Shown here piece by piece: positions 39,277-50,069 of a stretch of DNA of 64,000 nucleotides. How positions within the stretch are numbered: the stretch's first letter is position 1; the number at the start of each line of letters is the position of its first letter. This DNA comes from Candidatus Obscuribacterales bacterium (GTDB lineage: Bacteria > Cyanobacteriota > Vampirovibrionia > Obscuribacterales > Obscuribacteraceae), in contig CBDDIJ010000003.1 of the NCBI GenBank assembly GCA_965228855.1, positions 1,408,001-1,472,000 of the forward strand. The letters are read 5' to 3'. The notes below the pieces were generated by a model. That model made no database searches. It had not been told where the DNA came from and saw only the letters and a program-made list of their open reading frames with translations. A program made the position numbers and the translations under genes.

Positions 39277-41892
39277 TTGGTACTGCTAGTGGTTGAACGT
39301 TCCAAGGTAAAAACCAAAACAGCCAACACCTGCTTGCGTTGCGATCGACGGAAGATGACTCCGCACGCAGGTGCGACTGGATGGATTTTAAACCTGGGCA
39401 GCTGTAAGTGCGAAGACGGCATAGCGAGTCATTCATCGCTGGACGGAAACTCGGATATTAGCCAAACCGATGGAAACCAGGATGCTGCCACCGCGACCGG
39501 TGCCGGCGATCCAAACAAGGAACAAGGCGATTCGGTTGAAATCGAAATTCCAAAATGTATAGACGACCGCTTTGATGTTCTCGAAGTCCTCGGCAAGGGC
39601 GGCATGGGAACGGTCTATAAAGTCCGCGATAGAGAAGTTGGTTCCATATTTGCGTTGAAGCTCTTGCACCAAAACCTGCAAAGCGACCCTGCTGTTTTAA
39701 AGCGTTTCGAACAGGAAGCAAAAGCTGCGGAGCAACTCGATCATCCGAATTTGGTGCCAACCTATTCTCACGGTGTCACCAGTAGTGGTGAGCCCTATCT
39801 CTTAATCGAGTACGTTGAGGGGGAGACGTTAGCAAAGATTATTGAACGCGAAGGCGCTCTCGATGCAGATCGCGCGATTGCGCTCTTTGAGCAGATTTGC
39901 TCAGCGTTGTCTTATGCCCACGACAAGAAAATTATTCACCGGGACATCAAACCGGCGAACATCATCATATCGAAAACTCCAGGCGGTGATGATGTAATCC
40001 GTGTTGTTGACTTCGGAATTGCAAAAACGATCACTGAAGTGGATCGCTCTACTCGCAACTTGACACAAACCGGTGAGGTCTTCGGAAGTCCGCACTACAT
40101 GAGCCCTGAGCAGTGCCTGGGTTTAATGCTCGATGAGAAGTCAGATATTTATTCTCTCGGGTGCGTAATGTTTGAGGCGATGAGCGGTAAACCTCCGTTC
40201 GCAGGAAGCAACCCAATCCAGCTTGTCGTTAAGCATATCAACGATAAACCGAAACCATATCTGCCGAAATTCTCTGCGTCGAAAAGGGAGCAGAGCCTTC
40301 AGTCGATAGCACTTAAGTGTTTGGAAAAAGAGGCGGTGGATCGATTCCAAGACGTCGGTGAAATCGAGCATGCGCTGGAGCGTATCAAGTATGGAAAGAG
40401 CGTCAATTTCGATCAAAATTCGAAATTCAAAACATCAGTCTTTCAGAAGCAGTTGCATTTAATAGCATTCATAACTCCATTAGTCCTTATCGCTTTGAGC
40501 GCATCCATCTTTTTTTCCTCAAGTTCGCCCGCACCGCTGGAACATACGAAAAGTAACCCAATTATTTCTTTTGTTGTTTTTATTCTGATGTACACTGCAA
40601 TTCCTGGCATTTTCATGATGCTTTTCGGGTCTTACGCCAAAGCGTGTTTAAGAGTTGCTAGGGATAACATCGCCACGAAGCGGCATTGGTGGACAACCCT
40701 CTCGTTGTGGTGCTCAGCTGCTATGTGTTTCGGCTCCGTGCCTACGTTTGTGTATTGGGGCTACTCGGGATATTGGTTCAAGAATGGGGACGAGTGGAGT
40801 CCGCTTTCAAACCTAGACCTAGCTATATTACCTGGTGCGATTCTCTCCTTCGTTTGCGGAGTAGGAGTGCTCGTGTGCTCACTTGGATTTCTAATAGACA
40901 GTGGTCCTAAAAAAATTTCGTTGGAGAAGATGTTGCTTCGAGCTTCTAAATCGCTGCTCGGTTCATTGTTGATAGTGGCGCTATTGCTTGGAGCCTACTT
41001 CCCAAAGGTAGTTCAAAAGTTGTCGTCTGTTTATACATCAATGAATTTTTCGCTTTGCTCAGACCTTCGAACAAAGGTTGTTTATTTAGCTCGACAAATT
41101 GCACCGGACAGCAGCGAAATGGTCAACAACAGCTATGTCGTCTCAGAGGAGACGAAGAATATCCCGCAAGCCGTGCTTGACCTTACGGAACTCATTAATC
41201 GTGAAACAGACAAAAATTCATTTAACTTCAGTGATAACTTGAACGAGCGCGCGCGTATCTATACGACTGCACTCCAATGGGATAAAGCAATCGCCGACTG
41301 GACCGAACTAGCCAAGATTAATCCCGACTCGAATTACTACTATCGAATGTTGGGTAACTGCCAGTCGGCGCAAGGCAACTATCAACTCGCGATTCAAAGC
41401 TATGACGAATCAATTAAGCGGGATCTCACAGAATCGATGAACTATTACAAGAAAGCGATTACCCAGGCTCAACTCAAGGACTATGGTGGAGCGTTGCAAA
41501 CCTTGGAACTGCGCTCAAAACTTCACAAAGGTTTGAGACCGACTATGTATCTCATCCGAGGTTACACTCTTGGTTTGCAGGGGGATGAGTCAGGTGCGAT
41601 TGCGGCGTATGGGCTGGCTGCTGCTGCAAAAACTCCTGATAGCTCCCGTTGGGATGAGGTCGCTCGAGCCTCAGCGTATCTTCAGCTCGGAGATAAGACA
41701 GCTGCCCTCAACTGTATGAAGGAGGCGACTAGACTTGACCTTTCATTCGACGAATTCATGACCTCGGAGACTGCTTTGCCAGGCGAACAGCGCAAGAAGC
41801 TTGTTCAGCTTGTTTTGAAAAATAAAGTGTTTCCTTCTGCGCGTTTTCAGGACGTTCGATTCGGGCGCATTGCACGGGTCTCTGCTCACTAA
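39277..41892 (+). CDS. Hanks-type Ser/Thr kinase + 5 TM + TPR (receptor-like), copy 1
   Basis: LGKGGMGTV, ALK, HRDIKPAN, DFG, GSPHYMSPE, SDIYSLG; five hydrophobic segments; TPRs. Confidence 0.92.
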   Translation: MVLLVVERSKVKTKTANTCLRCDRRKMTPHAGATGWILNLGSCKCEDGIASHSSLDGNSDISQTDGNQDAATATGAGDPNKEQGDSVEIEIPKCIDDRFDVLEVLGKGGMGTVYKVRDREVGSIFALKLLHQNLQSDPAVLKRFEQEAKAAEQLDHPNLVPTYSHGVTSSGEPYLLIEYVEGETLAKIIEREGALDADRAIALFEQICSALSYAHDKKIIHRDIKPANIIISKTPGGDDVIRVVDFGIAKTITEVDRSTRNLTQTGEVFGSPHYMSPEQCLGLMLDEKSDIYSLGCVMFEAMSGKPPFAGSNPIQLVVKHINDKPKPYLPKFSASKREQSLQSIALKCLEKEAVDRFQDVGEIEHALERIKYGKSVNFDQNSKFKTSVFQKQLHLIAFITPLVLIALSASIFFSSSSPAPLEHTKSNPIISFVVFILMYTAIPGIFMMLFGSYAKACLRVARDNIATKRHWWTTLSLWCSAAMCFGSVPTFVYWGYSGYWFKNGDEWSPLSNLDLAILPGAILSFVCGVGVLVCSLGFLIDSGPKKISLEKMLLRASKSLLGSLLIVALLLGAYFPKVVQKLSSVYTSMNFSLCSDLRTKVVYLARQIAPDSSEMVNNSYVVSEETKNIPQAVLDLTELINRETDKNSFNFSDNLNERARIYTTALQWDKAIADWTELAKINPDSNYYYRMLGNCQSAQGNYQLAIQSYDESIKRDLTESMNYYKKAITQAQLKDYGGALQTLELRSKLHKGLRPTMYLIRGYTLGLQGDESGAIAAYGLAAAAKTPDSSRWDEVARASAYLQLGDKTAALNCMKEATRLDLSFDEFMTSETALPGEQRKKLVQLVLKNKVFPSARFQDVRFGRIARVSAH

Positions 41893-41952
41893 TGAAAACG
41901 CGTATGCCATAAGGGTTCGAGAAAAAGTACTGGAGAAAAAATAAAAAGCCGG

Positions 41953-44508
41953 GTGAAGCTTGTCGTGATTGATAATAGAAAGTGTACAACCGAGACTCAA
42001 AGCGTTTGCCTGCGCTGCAAGCGTCGAAGCCACTTGGCACAAGCTAAGGGCGCTACTGGCTGGATTTTGAACCTTGGTCGGTGTAAGTGTGGTGACGCTG
42101 ATGTATCGGATCTCGGTCAGGACGCTCAAGGTTGTGCTACCGCTGATGGTGACACAACGAAGGGCGTCTCCCAAGATTTTCCGGAAGTTGCTGCCGGAGA
42201 AATTTCAAAGGAGCAGCTTCCTGAATGCATCGACGAGCGTTTCGACGTGATTGAGATTCTCGGAAAAGGCGGGATGGGAACGGTCTATAAAGTGCGCGAT
42301 CGAGAGACGAACTCTGTGTTTGCGCTGAAACTTCTGCATCAAAATCTTCAGAGCGATCCGTCGGTTTTAAAACGATTTGAGCAAGAAGCGAAAGCCGCCG
42401 AAGAATTAGACCATCCGAATCTTGTTCCGACTTACGCGCACGGTGTCACCAATGGCGGTGAGCCGTATTTACTACTAGAATACGTGGAAGGGGAAACTCT
42501 TGCACAAGTCATCGAGAGGGAAGGAGCGCTTGAAGAGGATCGCGCGATATCGATCTTCGAACAGATTTGCGCCGCGCTGTCACATGCCCATGAGATGAAA
42601 ATCGTTCACAGGGACATCAAACCTGCCAACATAATCTTATGTAAGTCAGCAGGTGGAGACGAAGTGGCGCGAGTTGTGGATTTCGGGATCGCGAAAACCC
42701 TCACCGAGGTGGATCGCTCAACACGCAATCTCACGCAAACTGGCGAGGTCTTCGGCAGTCCTCACTATATGAGCCCTGAGCAGTGTCTGGGTTTGATGCT
42801 TGACGAGAAATCGGATATCTATTCTTTGGGTTGTGTGATCTTCGAGGCGATGAGCGGAAAGCCGCCTTTCGCGGGTTCGAATCCTATTCAGCTAGTGGTC
42901 AAACATATTAATGACAAACCGGTTCCGTATCTTCCTAAGTTTGGAGCCTCACGCAAAGCTATAGGCTTGCAGTCGGTCGCGCTCAAATGTTTAAACAAGG
43001 AGCCAAATTTTCGGTTCGACAGCATGGAGGTACTCGGCCAGGCTCTAACGGATATTAAGCATGGTGCAAAAATTTCGTTCGATCATAACCTAGCAATTCA
43101 ATCAACCAAGCTTGAGCGAAACCTTCATCAACTAGCTCTATACTTGCCACTGCTTTTGGTGTCTGCTGTGGCAGTAGTAGCTGGAACTGCGCTGCTTCCA
43201 AATCTGCTCGGCCCTCTAGATGACCGTCTGGGTTTTTCGCTACTGTTCGGTTTATACTCTCTGCTCTGTTTCATCATCAGTTTCTTTTGTATCGCAGTAT
43301 CGCGTACATGTCTTGTGCTTGCACAAACTGGAAAGCTGAGTCGCAAGAACGCTTGGTCATCCTTGTCACTTGTTTGTTGTTCGGCTATGGTGTTGGGGAC
43401 CCTGCCTGCATCATTGTTTGTAATTTCAAGCAGGAGGTGGAACCCGCCGGCTCCATTTGCGTTACCAGTCTGGGATTGGCTGACGTTAGCTGGTCTACTG
43501 ATCTCGTTTCTCTCCGGTCTTGCCGTAGTCATAACGTGCTTATTTTTGATTCTGGATCGCGGACCGACGAAAGTAGGTTTGGCGCAGTGCGCTCGGAAGG
43601 CTCTGCTGTACGTGAGTTGTATCGTTGTGATGATTGCTGGCTTCGGACAAAGCCCGCTAGGGTATGTATTCGGGCGTATGGGCTACTGGTTCACGAGAGT
43701 TCCCGCTCAGCTAACATCTGGCGCTGATCTTTATTTGACAGAATTTGCGAGACACCTGGCACCAAAAGATCTAAAAGTGATTGATGATAGCGCGGAGGTT
43801 GCCTACAGGGAAAGAAGGTACGACGACGCAGCAAAATTCTTTCAAAATTATGCTGATCTCCACAGGCGAAAATATCCCGAGTCCGATGGTTGGATGCATG
43901 CGGTTTATCGCATCGGTCAGATTTATCAAAAACGCGGCGAGATAAAAAAGGCAATTCAGTTTTACTCAAAGATCATTGACGAACCCGCATACGGCGTTTG
44001 GCACATGTATGCTACCGACTATAGGGTATCCTGTTGGATGGCACTCAACCAGCCCCGGTTGGCGATTAAAGACTGTGATGCACTTATCTCCACATTAGGT
44101 GCCGATACAAATTTATACCTGAAGAAGGCTGTATCGCAAGAAGAATTAGGCGATCTTAAGGGCGCTCGCACAACCATTCAGCTTGTTGATGATCGTTTTG
44201 CGCTTACCGATCCACAAATTGAGGTCAACCTGGCCTACCTATCCGCCATTGAGGGGAATGAGACTCTTGCAAAAACTGAGTATAGAAAGGCGCTCGATAT
44301 GGTTGCGGATCCTTCAAACTGGAGCGACCTTGCAAAAGTCATAGCGGCGATTCAACTTGGCGAAGAGAGAGTAGCAGTAGAAAAGTTCAATAAGCTGAAA
44401 GATAATCGGTATTTCACGAGGGAGAATCTACCCGACATTTTGTTCTCGTATCCGCGGGCTTTGCGGGAAAAGCTTATGCGCTTTGTCGAGAAGCACAAGC
44501 TTATGTAG
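41953..44508 (+). CDS. Hanks-type Ser/Thr kinase + 5 TM + TPR, copy 2
   Basis: Same motifs and architecture as copy 1, with a near-identical kinase domain. Confidence 0.92.
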   Translation: MKLVVIDNRKCTTETQSVCLRCKRRSHLAQAKGATGWILNLGRCKCGDADVSDLGQDAQGCATADGDTTKGVSQDFPEVAAGEISKEQLPECIDERFDVIEILGKGGMGTVYKVRDRETNSVFALKLLHQNLQSDPSVLKRFEQEAKAAEELDHPNLVPTYAHGVTNGGEPYLLLEYVEGETLAQVIEREGALEEDRAISIFEQICAALSHAHEMKIVHRDIKPANIILCKSAGGDEVARVVDFGIAKTLTEVDRSTRNLTQTGEVFGSPHYMSPEQCLGLMLDEKSDIYSLGCVIFEAMSGKPPFAGSNPIQLVVKHINDKPVPYLPKFGASRKAIGLQSVALKCLNKEPNFRFDSMEVLGQALTDIKHGAKISFDHNLAIQSTKLERNLHQLALYLPLLLVSAVAVVAGTALLPNLLGPLDDRLGFSLLFGLYSLLCFIISFFCIAVSRTCLVLAQTGKLSRKNAWSSLSLVCCSAMVLGTLPASLFVISSRRWNPPAPFALPVWDWLTLAGLLISFLSGLAVVITCLFLILDRGPTKVGLAQCARKALLYVSCIVVMIAGFGQSPLGYVFGRMGYWFTRVPAQLTSGADLYLTEFARHLAPKDLKVIDDSAEVAYRERRYDDAAKFFQNYADLHRRKYPESDGWMHAVYRIGQIYQKRGEIKKAIQFYSKIIDEPAYGVWHMYATDYRVSCWMALNQPRLAIKDCDALISTLGADTNLYLKKAVSQEELGDLKGARTTIQLVDDRFALTDPQIEVNLAYLSAIEGNETLAKTEYRKALDMVADPSNWSDLAKVIAAIQLGEERVAVEKFNKLKDNRYFTRENLPDILFSYPRALREKLMRFVEKHKLM

Positions 44509-44603
44509 TTCGCCCTATTTTTTTTGTCTGAGTGGTGGTATTTATATCGCTCCGTTCGGGAGTGCGAAGGCAGAGATCGAATTGGGTTTGTTTACCAGCA
44601 GAT

Positions 44604-45593
44604 ATGAAAATTCCCGCAACTTTACTTCTGAGTTTTTCAGTGTTTCTTTTTGCCAATGCGAAACCGGCTCATGGAGCGAGGTTTGAGCAGTGGCTGCCGT
44701 TCAAGTTTTCGGAGGGCGTGGTGGCATGTCCGAAAATTTCGCCGGAGCGGAAGGTTGGTTTCATTGATCGGGACGGCAAGACTGTTATTGATGCGAAATT
44801 TGATGCTGCGCGTCCGTTCAATCAAGGGCTCGCTGCAGTGCGCGTAAAGGGCAAATGGGGCTACATTGGGCATGATGGGAAGTATGCGATCGAGCCGCAG
44901 TTCGACGCGGTTGGCGTGCTTGATTATCCCGGTGATGATCCGATGGACTTCTCTGAAGACTGTGCGGCTGTGCGCTCGGAAGACCTTGTTGGTTTCATTG
45001 ATAAGACCGGCAAGTTTGTGATTCCACCGAAATTCACTAGCGCCTGGGCATTTAACGAAGGGCTGGCGGCGGCACAGGATCGCTTCTCCGGCAAGTGGGG
45101 TTTCATCGACAAACAAGGCAAGTGGGCGATCAAGCCGACATTCGCTGATGCCCTGAGCTTTTCCGAAGGTGTTGCAGCTGTTTCAAACAAACCGCGTGGC
45201 GCAGATGCAGGCTGGGGGTACATTAACAAGTCCGGTTCTTTCGTCGTGAAACCGCAATATGCTCTTGCGCTGGCTCACCATGACGGTCTCGCACTGGTTT
45301 TGACCCTCGACAATGGGACATATAAAGGCAAGTACATTGATAAGAAAGGCGATGCCGCTTTCACTAACATCAATTGCCACGGTAGCAGCGCCTACGGCGA
45401 AGGTCTGGCGCCGTTTCTCTCCGGAGACCGCAAAGCCGGCTTTATCGACAAGTCTGGAAAAACTGTCATCGAGCCACAATTTCAAGAGGCTCGTACATTC
45501 TCAGAAGGTTTAGCTGTTGTGCGAATCGATGATGGTCAGTGGGGTTTAATCGACAAGAAGGGCAAGCTTGTTCTTAGTCGCTCAATCAGATAG
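44604..45593 (+). CDS. Secreted WG (KWG)-repeat protein
   Basis: About 7 repeats of FSEGLAAV...KWGFIDKxGKxVIxPxF; signal peptide from ATG 44604. Confidence 0.9.
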   Translation: MKIPATLLLSFSVFLFANAKPAHGARFEQWLPFKFSEGVVACPKISPERKVGFIDRDGKTVIDAKFDAARPFNQGLAAVRVKGKWGYIGHDGKYAIEPQFDAVGVLDYPGDDPMDFSEDCAAVRSEDLVGFIDKTGKFVIPPKFTSAWAFNEGLAAAQDRFSGKWGFIDKQGKWAIKPTFADALSFSEGVAAVSNKPRGADAGWGYINKSGSFVVKPQYALALAHHDGLALVLTLDNGTYKGKYIDKKGDAAFTNINCHGSSAYGEGLAPFLSGDRKAGFIDKSGKTVIEPQFQEARTFSEGLAVVRIDDGQWGLIDKKGKLVLSRSIR

Positions 45594-45756
45594 TGAGAGT
45601 GTTTTAATCGAACGACCGAATTAACGCTGTCGTGACGATATCCAATCGATAAGTTAACGGACCCATTACCCAAGGTGGAACCTGGTTTTGCCCACATCGT
45701 CCCTGGGCTGATGTGCTAGATATCACTTGGGCAATTGGTATACAGAAAGCTAAATT

Positions 45757-48162
45757 ATGAGCAAACCTTCTCATCCGGAGTTCGACGAAACCCGTCCTGA
45801 GCAAAATGAAGCGCGTCAGTTCAATCCTGCTCACGACGATCACAGCGCAATCCGCCACGAGTTGAGTGCGGTCAATCGCGATGTTTACGACCATCCTTCT
45901 GACTTTGTCGAAACACAACCGGAATTTAACACTGCCAGCGATGCCACCGGCGGCAATAGCAGTACTCGAAAAGGCGCATTGGGTCAGGCTTCGGCCGCGC
46001 TGGAAGACTTGGTGAAGGACAGTTTCGTGATTTGGAATGGTTTAGTCCAAAGAGTTAAACTTGATTTCGGTGCGAAAAATGGCAATGGTGTTTTTTCACT
46101 GAATCATATGAGCAAAAATCAAAAAGTACGCAAAGTTCTCTTCCTTTCTGCGATCGCAGCGGGATCTATCATCGCGGTCGTGACGTTGAAAACGGCCGCC
46201 CATATTTCATTTGTAAAACTGCCTACGCTCAAAGCGCAAAAGGCAGGCGTCGAAATTTACGATCGTCACGACAAGCTCGTTACTGTGGTGCAGAAAGATG
46301 AAGATAGAGAGCCGGTTGCGCTCGATGCGACTTCTCCTTTCATGAGACAGGCAGTTATTGGAATTGAAGATCGCAGTTTCTACCATCACATGGGTGTCGA
46401 CCCGCTTGGTATCACTCGAGCGATTTACACAAACGCAAAAGCGCATGAGATGGTGCAGGGTGGAAGTACAATCACCCAGCAGTTGATGAAGACTATGTAC
46501 TTTGGATTTGACGATCGCACAGCGCGACGAAAAATTCTCGAGATGTTTATGGCGCTAGATGTAGAGACTTGCTACTCCAAAGACAAGATCATGGAGACGT
46601 ATCTGAACACCGTGTATTTCGGACGCGGTGCTTACGGAATCCAACGCGCGGCGATTACATACTTCAACAAGCCCGCGAAGAAGCTGAGCCTGGAAGAGTC
46701 TGCGTTTCTCGCCGGCTTAATTAAAGCGCCTTCCGACCTCAGTAAACCTTCTAACTTGAAACGCGCGAAGATGCGCCAGCAAGATGTCTTAGATGGAATG
46801 GTCGAGTGCGGTTTCATCAGTAAAGAGCGCGCACAATCAGCCAAGGCTGCGAAACTCACCTTCAAAGCCGGTCCGCATCCAAAGCAACATCCTTATTACG
46901 TCAATCAAGTAGTCGCTCTTGTCAAAGAGGAAATCGGCGAAGATCGTCTGTTTGATAAACCGATCAAGATTTACACCAACCTAGACGTAACTGCGCAGAA
47001 AGCCGCAGAGATAGCGCTTTCCAAAGGTGTAGTGAAGGCGCCCAACGGAATCGATCAGGGGGCGCTCGTTTCAATAGATATCGAAACTGGTGGCGTCATA
47101 GCCATGGTTGGAGGCGTAGGACAGTTCGAAGCCAATCAATGGAACCGCGCCGTAAACCCTCACACCGCCGGCTCATCATTCAAACCGTTTGTTTACCTGG
47201 CAGGCTTGATCAACGGAACCATCGGACCGGACTCTGTTCTCAACGATTCACCAATAGCGATACCACTCTCCGATGGTACCGCATACACGCCGCAGAATTT
47301 TGACGGCAAGTTCAAAGGCATTATGACTGTGCGGGACGCGATCGCACTTTCGCGAAACGTCTGCGCAGTTCAAGTAGGCCAGGACACCGGCATCAACAAT
47401 GTCGTCTCGGTTGCCCGTAAGGCAGGTCTGAACGCGGACATGGAACCGACACCAGCTCTCGCTCTTGGAACATGCGCGGTGTCGCCACTGGAGATGGCGA
47501 CTGCCTATGGGACGCTGGCTCGCGGAGGCGAATACGTACAACCCCTGTTTGTCAGGCACATTAATGAACGCGATGGCAAGCTAATTAAAGAGTATGTTTC
47601 CAAACGCGAGAAGCGCTTTGAGCCGGAACCGGTTTTGGAACTGGTCGATTGCTTGCAAGACGTAGTCAAAGTCGGCACTGGAACTCGCGCCAAAATTCCT
47701 GGCGTTGCTGTCGCTGGAAAGACCGGAACTGCAGATGATTCTAAAGATGTCTGGTTTGTGGGCTTCACACCGGATGTGGTGACAGCTGTTTGGGCAGGCA
47801 ACGATGAAAATCATGCGCTCAAAGGCCGCGGCATTACTGGCGGTGTCATTGCCGCTGGAATCTGGTCCGGATACATGAGTGGGTTCTACAAAGCCCATCC
47901 CAAACCGACCGTCGCTTTCGTGGCTCCCGAGCACCCATTGACCCACAGCGCGCCGTACTACGCGATGATTCCGGCGACGTTCGCCGAGGCGACAGACGAC
48001 GTGGTCGATGGGGTGCAGGCGATCACTGAGCCGATCGTTGAAGCGATCGTGCCCGGAGGTTCGTCTGAGTCGACGCATACTACAACGGTTTCGCACCATA
48101 AAGAGAAGAAACACGGCGGTTTCTTCCGCAAGCTGTCGCAAGGATTCAAGAAGATTTTCTAG
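45757..48162 (+). CDS. Class A penicillin-binding protein (PBP1A family)
   Basis: GT51 motifs IEDRSF..H.GVD, QGGSTITQQL, RKILE; transpeptidase SSFK, SRN, KTGT. Confidence 0.95.
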   Translation: MSKPSHPEFDETRPEQNEARQFNPAHDDHSAIRHELSAVNRDVYDHPSDFVETQPEFNTASDATGGNSSTRKGALGQASAALEDLVKDSFVIWNGLVQRVKLDFGAKNGNGVFSLNHMSKNQKVRKVLFLSAIAAGSIIAVVTLKTAAHISFVKLPTLKAQKAGVEIYDRHDKLVTVVQKDEDREPVALDATSPFMRQAVIGIEDRSFYHHMGVDPLGITRAIYTNAKAHEMVQGGSTITQQLMKTMYFGFDDRTARRKILEMFMALDVETCYSKDKIMETYLNTVYFGRGAYGIQRAAITYFNKPAKKLSLEESAFLAGLIKAPSDLSKPSNLKRAKMRQQDVLDGMVECGFISKERAQSAKAAKLTFKAGPHPKQHPYYVNQVVALVKEEIGEDRLFDKPIKIYTNLDVTAQKAAEIALSKGVVKAPNGIDQGALVSIDIETGGVIAMVGGVGQFEANQWNRAVNPHTAGSSFKPFVYLAGLINGTIGPDSVLNDSPIAIPLSDGTAYTPQNFDGKFKGIMTVRDAIALSRNVCAVQVGQDTGINNVVSVARKAGLNADMEPTPALALGTCAVSPLEMATAYGTLARGGEYVQPLFVRHINERDGKLIKEYVSKREKRFEPEPVLELVDCLQDVVKVGTGTRAKIPGVAVAGKTGTADDSKDVWFVGFTPDVVTAVWAGNDENHALKGRGITGGVIAAGIWSGYMSGFYKAHPKPTVAFVAPEHPLTHSAPYYAMIPATFAEATDDVVDGVQAITEPIVEAIVPGGSSESTHTTTVSHHKEKKHGGFFRKLSQGFKKIF

Positions 48163-48291
48163 GAGATCTTAGAATCCGCTAACCCTGAACCGGTGCTTAT
48201 TGCAACGTTTCTGTGAAATTCAGGGGCTGCGCTGTTGCAGCTTGGTGAGGTTTCAAGTACAGTTCCGGTTTGGAAACCGGCGCGTGCAACC

Positions 48292-50055
48292 ATGCTCAGA
48301 CTTGATCGAATAAGTAAGATTTATCCCAACGGCGAGCCACTCATAGATGCGAGCTGGGAGGTAAAAACATCGGAACGCGTTGGCCTCGTGGGCGCCAACG
48401 GTGCCGGTAAGACAACGCAGTTTCGCATCATTATGGGCGAAGTCGAGCCGAGTTCGGGCGATGTGTTCAAGCCGAAAGATTGCCGGATCGCTTACCTGAC
48501 CCAAGAGTTCGAGCTGAATCAGGAGAACACCATTCGTGAAGAGCTGTTGAGCGCCTTCACCGAAGTCGCTGCTGTGCAGCGCCAACTCAACCAGGTGCAC
48601 AAAGATCTTGAAACCGCCGAGGGCGACGTGCTGGACAAGTTGCTGCGCAGAATGGACAACCTGCAGCGCGAATTTGAAGGTCTGGATGGCTACGGGCTCG
48701 AGAAGCGCGTGGACAAGGTTATGCCGGAGATCGGTTTTAGTCCGGAAGACGCGGACAAACTTGTATCATCGCTTTCCGGTGGTTGGCAGATGCGGGTCGG
48801 CTTCGGCAAGATGATGCTGAGAGAGCCTGATTTGCTGCTACTCGACGAACCTACCAACCATATTGATTTGGAAACGATCGAATGGTTCGAGTCATACCTG
48901 ACAAAACAGACGGTACCGATGGTGGTGGTATCGCACGACAGGCAGTTTTTAGACAAGATTTGCACGAAGATCGTCGAGATTGAAAAGGGCGTATCGACCT
49001 GCTACTCGGGCAATTATTCTGCTTACATAACTCAGAAGGAAGAGGCGATTGCCGCTCAGCAATCCGCTTTTGAGCGCCAGCAAGCCGAGATTGAGAAACA
49101 AGAAGTGTTTATCGAGCGGTTTCGCGCTAGCGCAAATCGCAGTACACAAGCTAAAAGCCGTGAGAAGCAGCTGGAGAAATGGGACATTATCGACGCTCCG
49201 GAAAATGGACCGCGAGTGTTGGAATTTCGCTTCCCGCCTTCTCCTCGCTCAGGCAAAGAAGTGGTCGAGGTGCGCAATCTCTGCCATGCTTACGGCGATA
49301 ACATTCTGTTTCTTGACGCCAGCCTTGAAGTCGAGCGGGGCGATCGCATCGCATTGCTCGGTCCGAACGGCTGTGGGAAATCGACGTTACTGAGACTCAT
49401 AGCCGGGCATGAGAAGCCGCTTGACGGCGTGGTGCGTATGGGTGAGCACAACATTCTGCCTGCGTATTTCGAGCAGAATCAAGCGGAAGCACTCGACGTC
49501 GAGAAGACTGTTCTTGCCACTATTGCTGATGAAGTCACCACTTGGAAAGACTCGGAAATTCGCGGTCTGCTTGGTCGGTTTTTGTTTAGCGATGACACGG
49601 TTTTCAAAAAAGTTTCGGATCTGAGCGGTGGCGAGAAGGCGCGTCTGGCACTGGCTAAGATGCTTACCAGACCAGCAAATTTCCTGATCCTGGACGAGCC
49701 GACTAATCACCTTGATATCCCCGCAAAGGAAACTTTAGAGGCGGCGCTAAATGGTTTCGACGGTACGATAATTCTCGTCAGCCACGACCGTTACTTTATC
49801 TCGAAGATCGCCAACAAGATCGTAGAGATTAAAGGTTCGGAAATGCGTGCATTTGCCGGTGGTTATGAGTATTATCAGGAGAGAATTGCCCTGGAGAAGG
49901 AACGGGCGCTGCACGCCAAAGCTGAAAGAGTAAGACAAACAGAGTTGGACGCAAAGCGCGAGAAGCAGCGAGCCAAGGATAAAGTGAAGGAAGACGCCCG
50001 ACGCGACGCCAAGAAAGCCGCAAAAGAACTCAAACGAGTACAGAGCGACGGATAG
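48292..50055 (+). CDS. ABC-F family ATPase (ribosome-associated)
   Basis: Two NBDs (GANGAGKT, LSGGWQMR, LDEPTNH; GPNGCGKS, LSGGEKAR, LDEPTNH), linker FRASANRSTQAKSR, no TM. Confidence 0.95.
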   Translation: MLRLDRISKIYPNGEPLIDASWEVKTSERVGLVGANGAGKTTQFRIIMGEVEPSSGDVFKPKDCRIAYLTQEFELNQENTIREELLSAFTEVAAVQRQLNQVHKDLETAEGDVLDKLLRRMDNLQREFEGLDGYGLEKRVDKVMPEIGFSPEDADKLVSSLSGGWQMRVGFGKMMLREPDLLLLDEPTNHIDLETIEWFESYLTKQTVPMVVVSHDRQFLDKICTKIVEIEKGVSTCYSGNYSAYITQKEEAIAAQQSAFERQQAEIEKQEVFIERFRASANRSTQAKSREKQLEKWDIIDAPENGPRVLEFRFPPSPRSGKEVVEVRNLCHAYGDNILFLDASLEVERGDRIALLGPNGCGKSTLLRLIAGHEKPLDGVVRMGEHNILPAYFEQNQAEALDVEKTVLATIADEVTTWKDSEIRGLLGRFLFSDDTVFKKVSDLSGGEKARLALAKMLTRPANFLILDEPTNHLDIPAKETLEAALNGFDGTIILVSHDRYFISKIANKIVEIKGSEMRAFAGGYEYYQERIALEKERALHAKAERVRQTELDAKREKQRAKDKVKEDARRDAKKAAKELKRVQSDG

Positions 50056-50069
50056 ACGAGGAACCCAAA

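Noticed and set aside
48163..48291. Attenuator-like leader before the ABC-F gene (CCCTGAA/TTCAGGG and CCGGTTT/AAACCGG stems)
   Set aside because: The stems are short, with no convincing leader peptide or U-tract terminator. The protein lacks evidence of being an antibiotic-resistance ABC-F.
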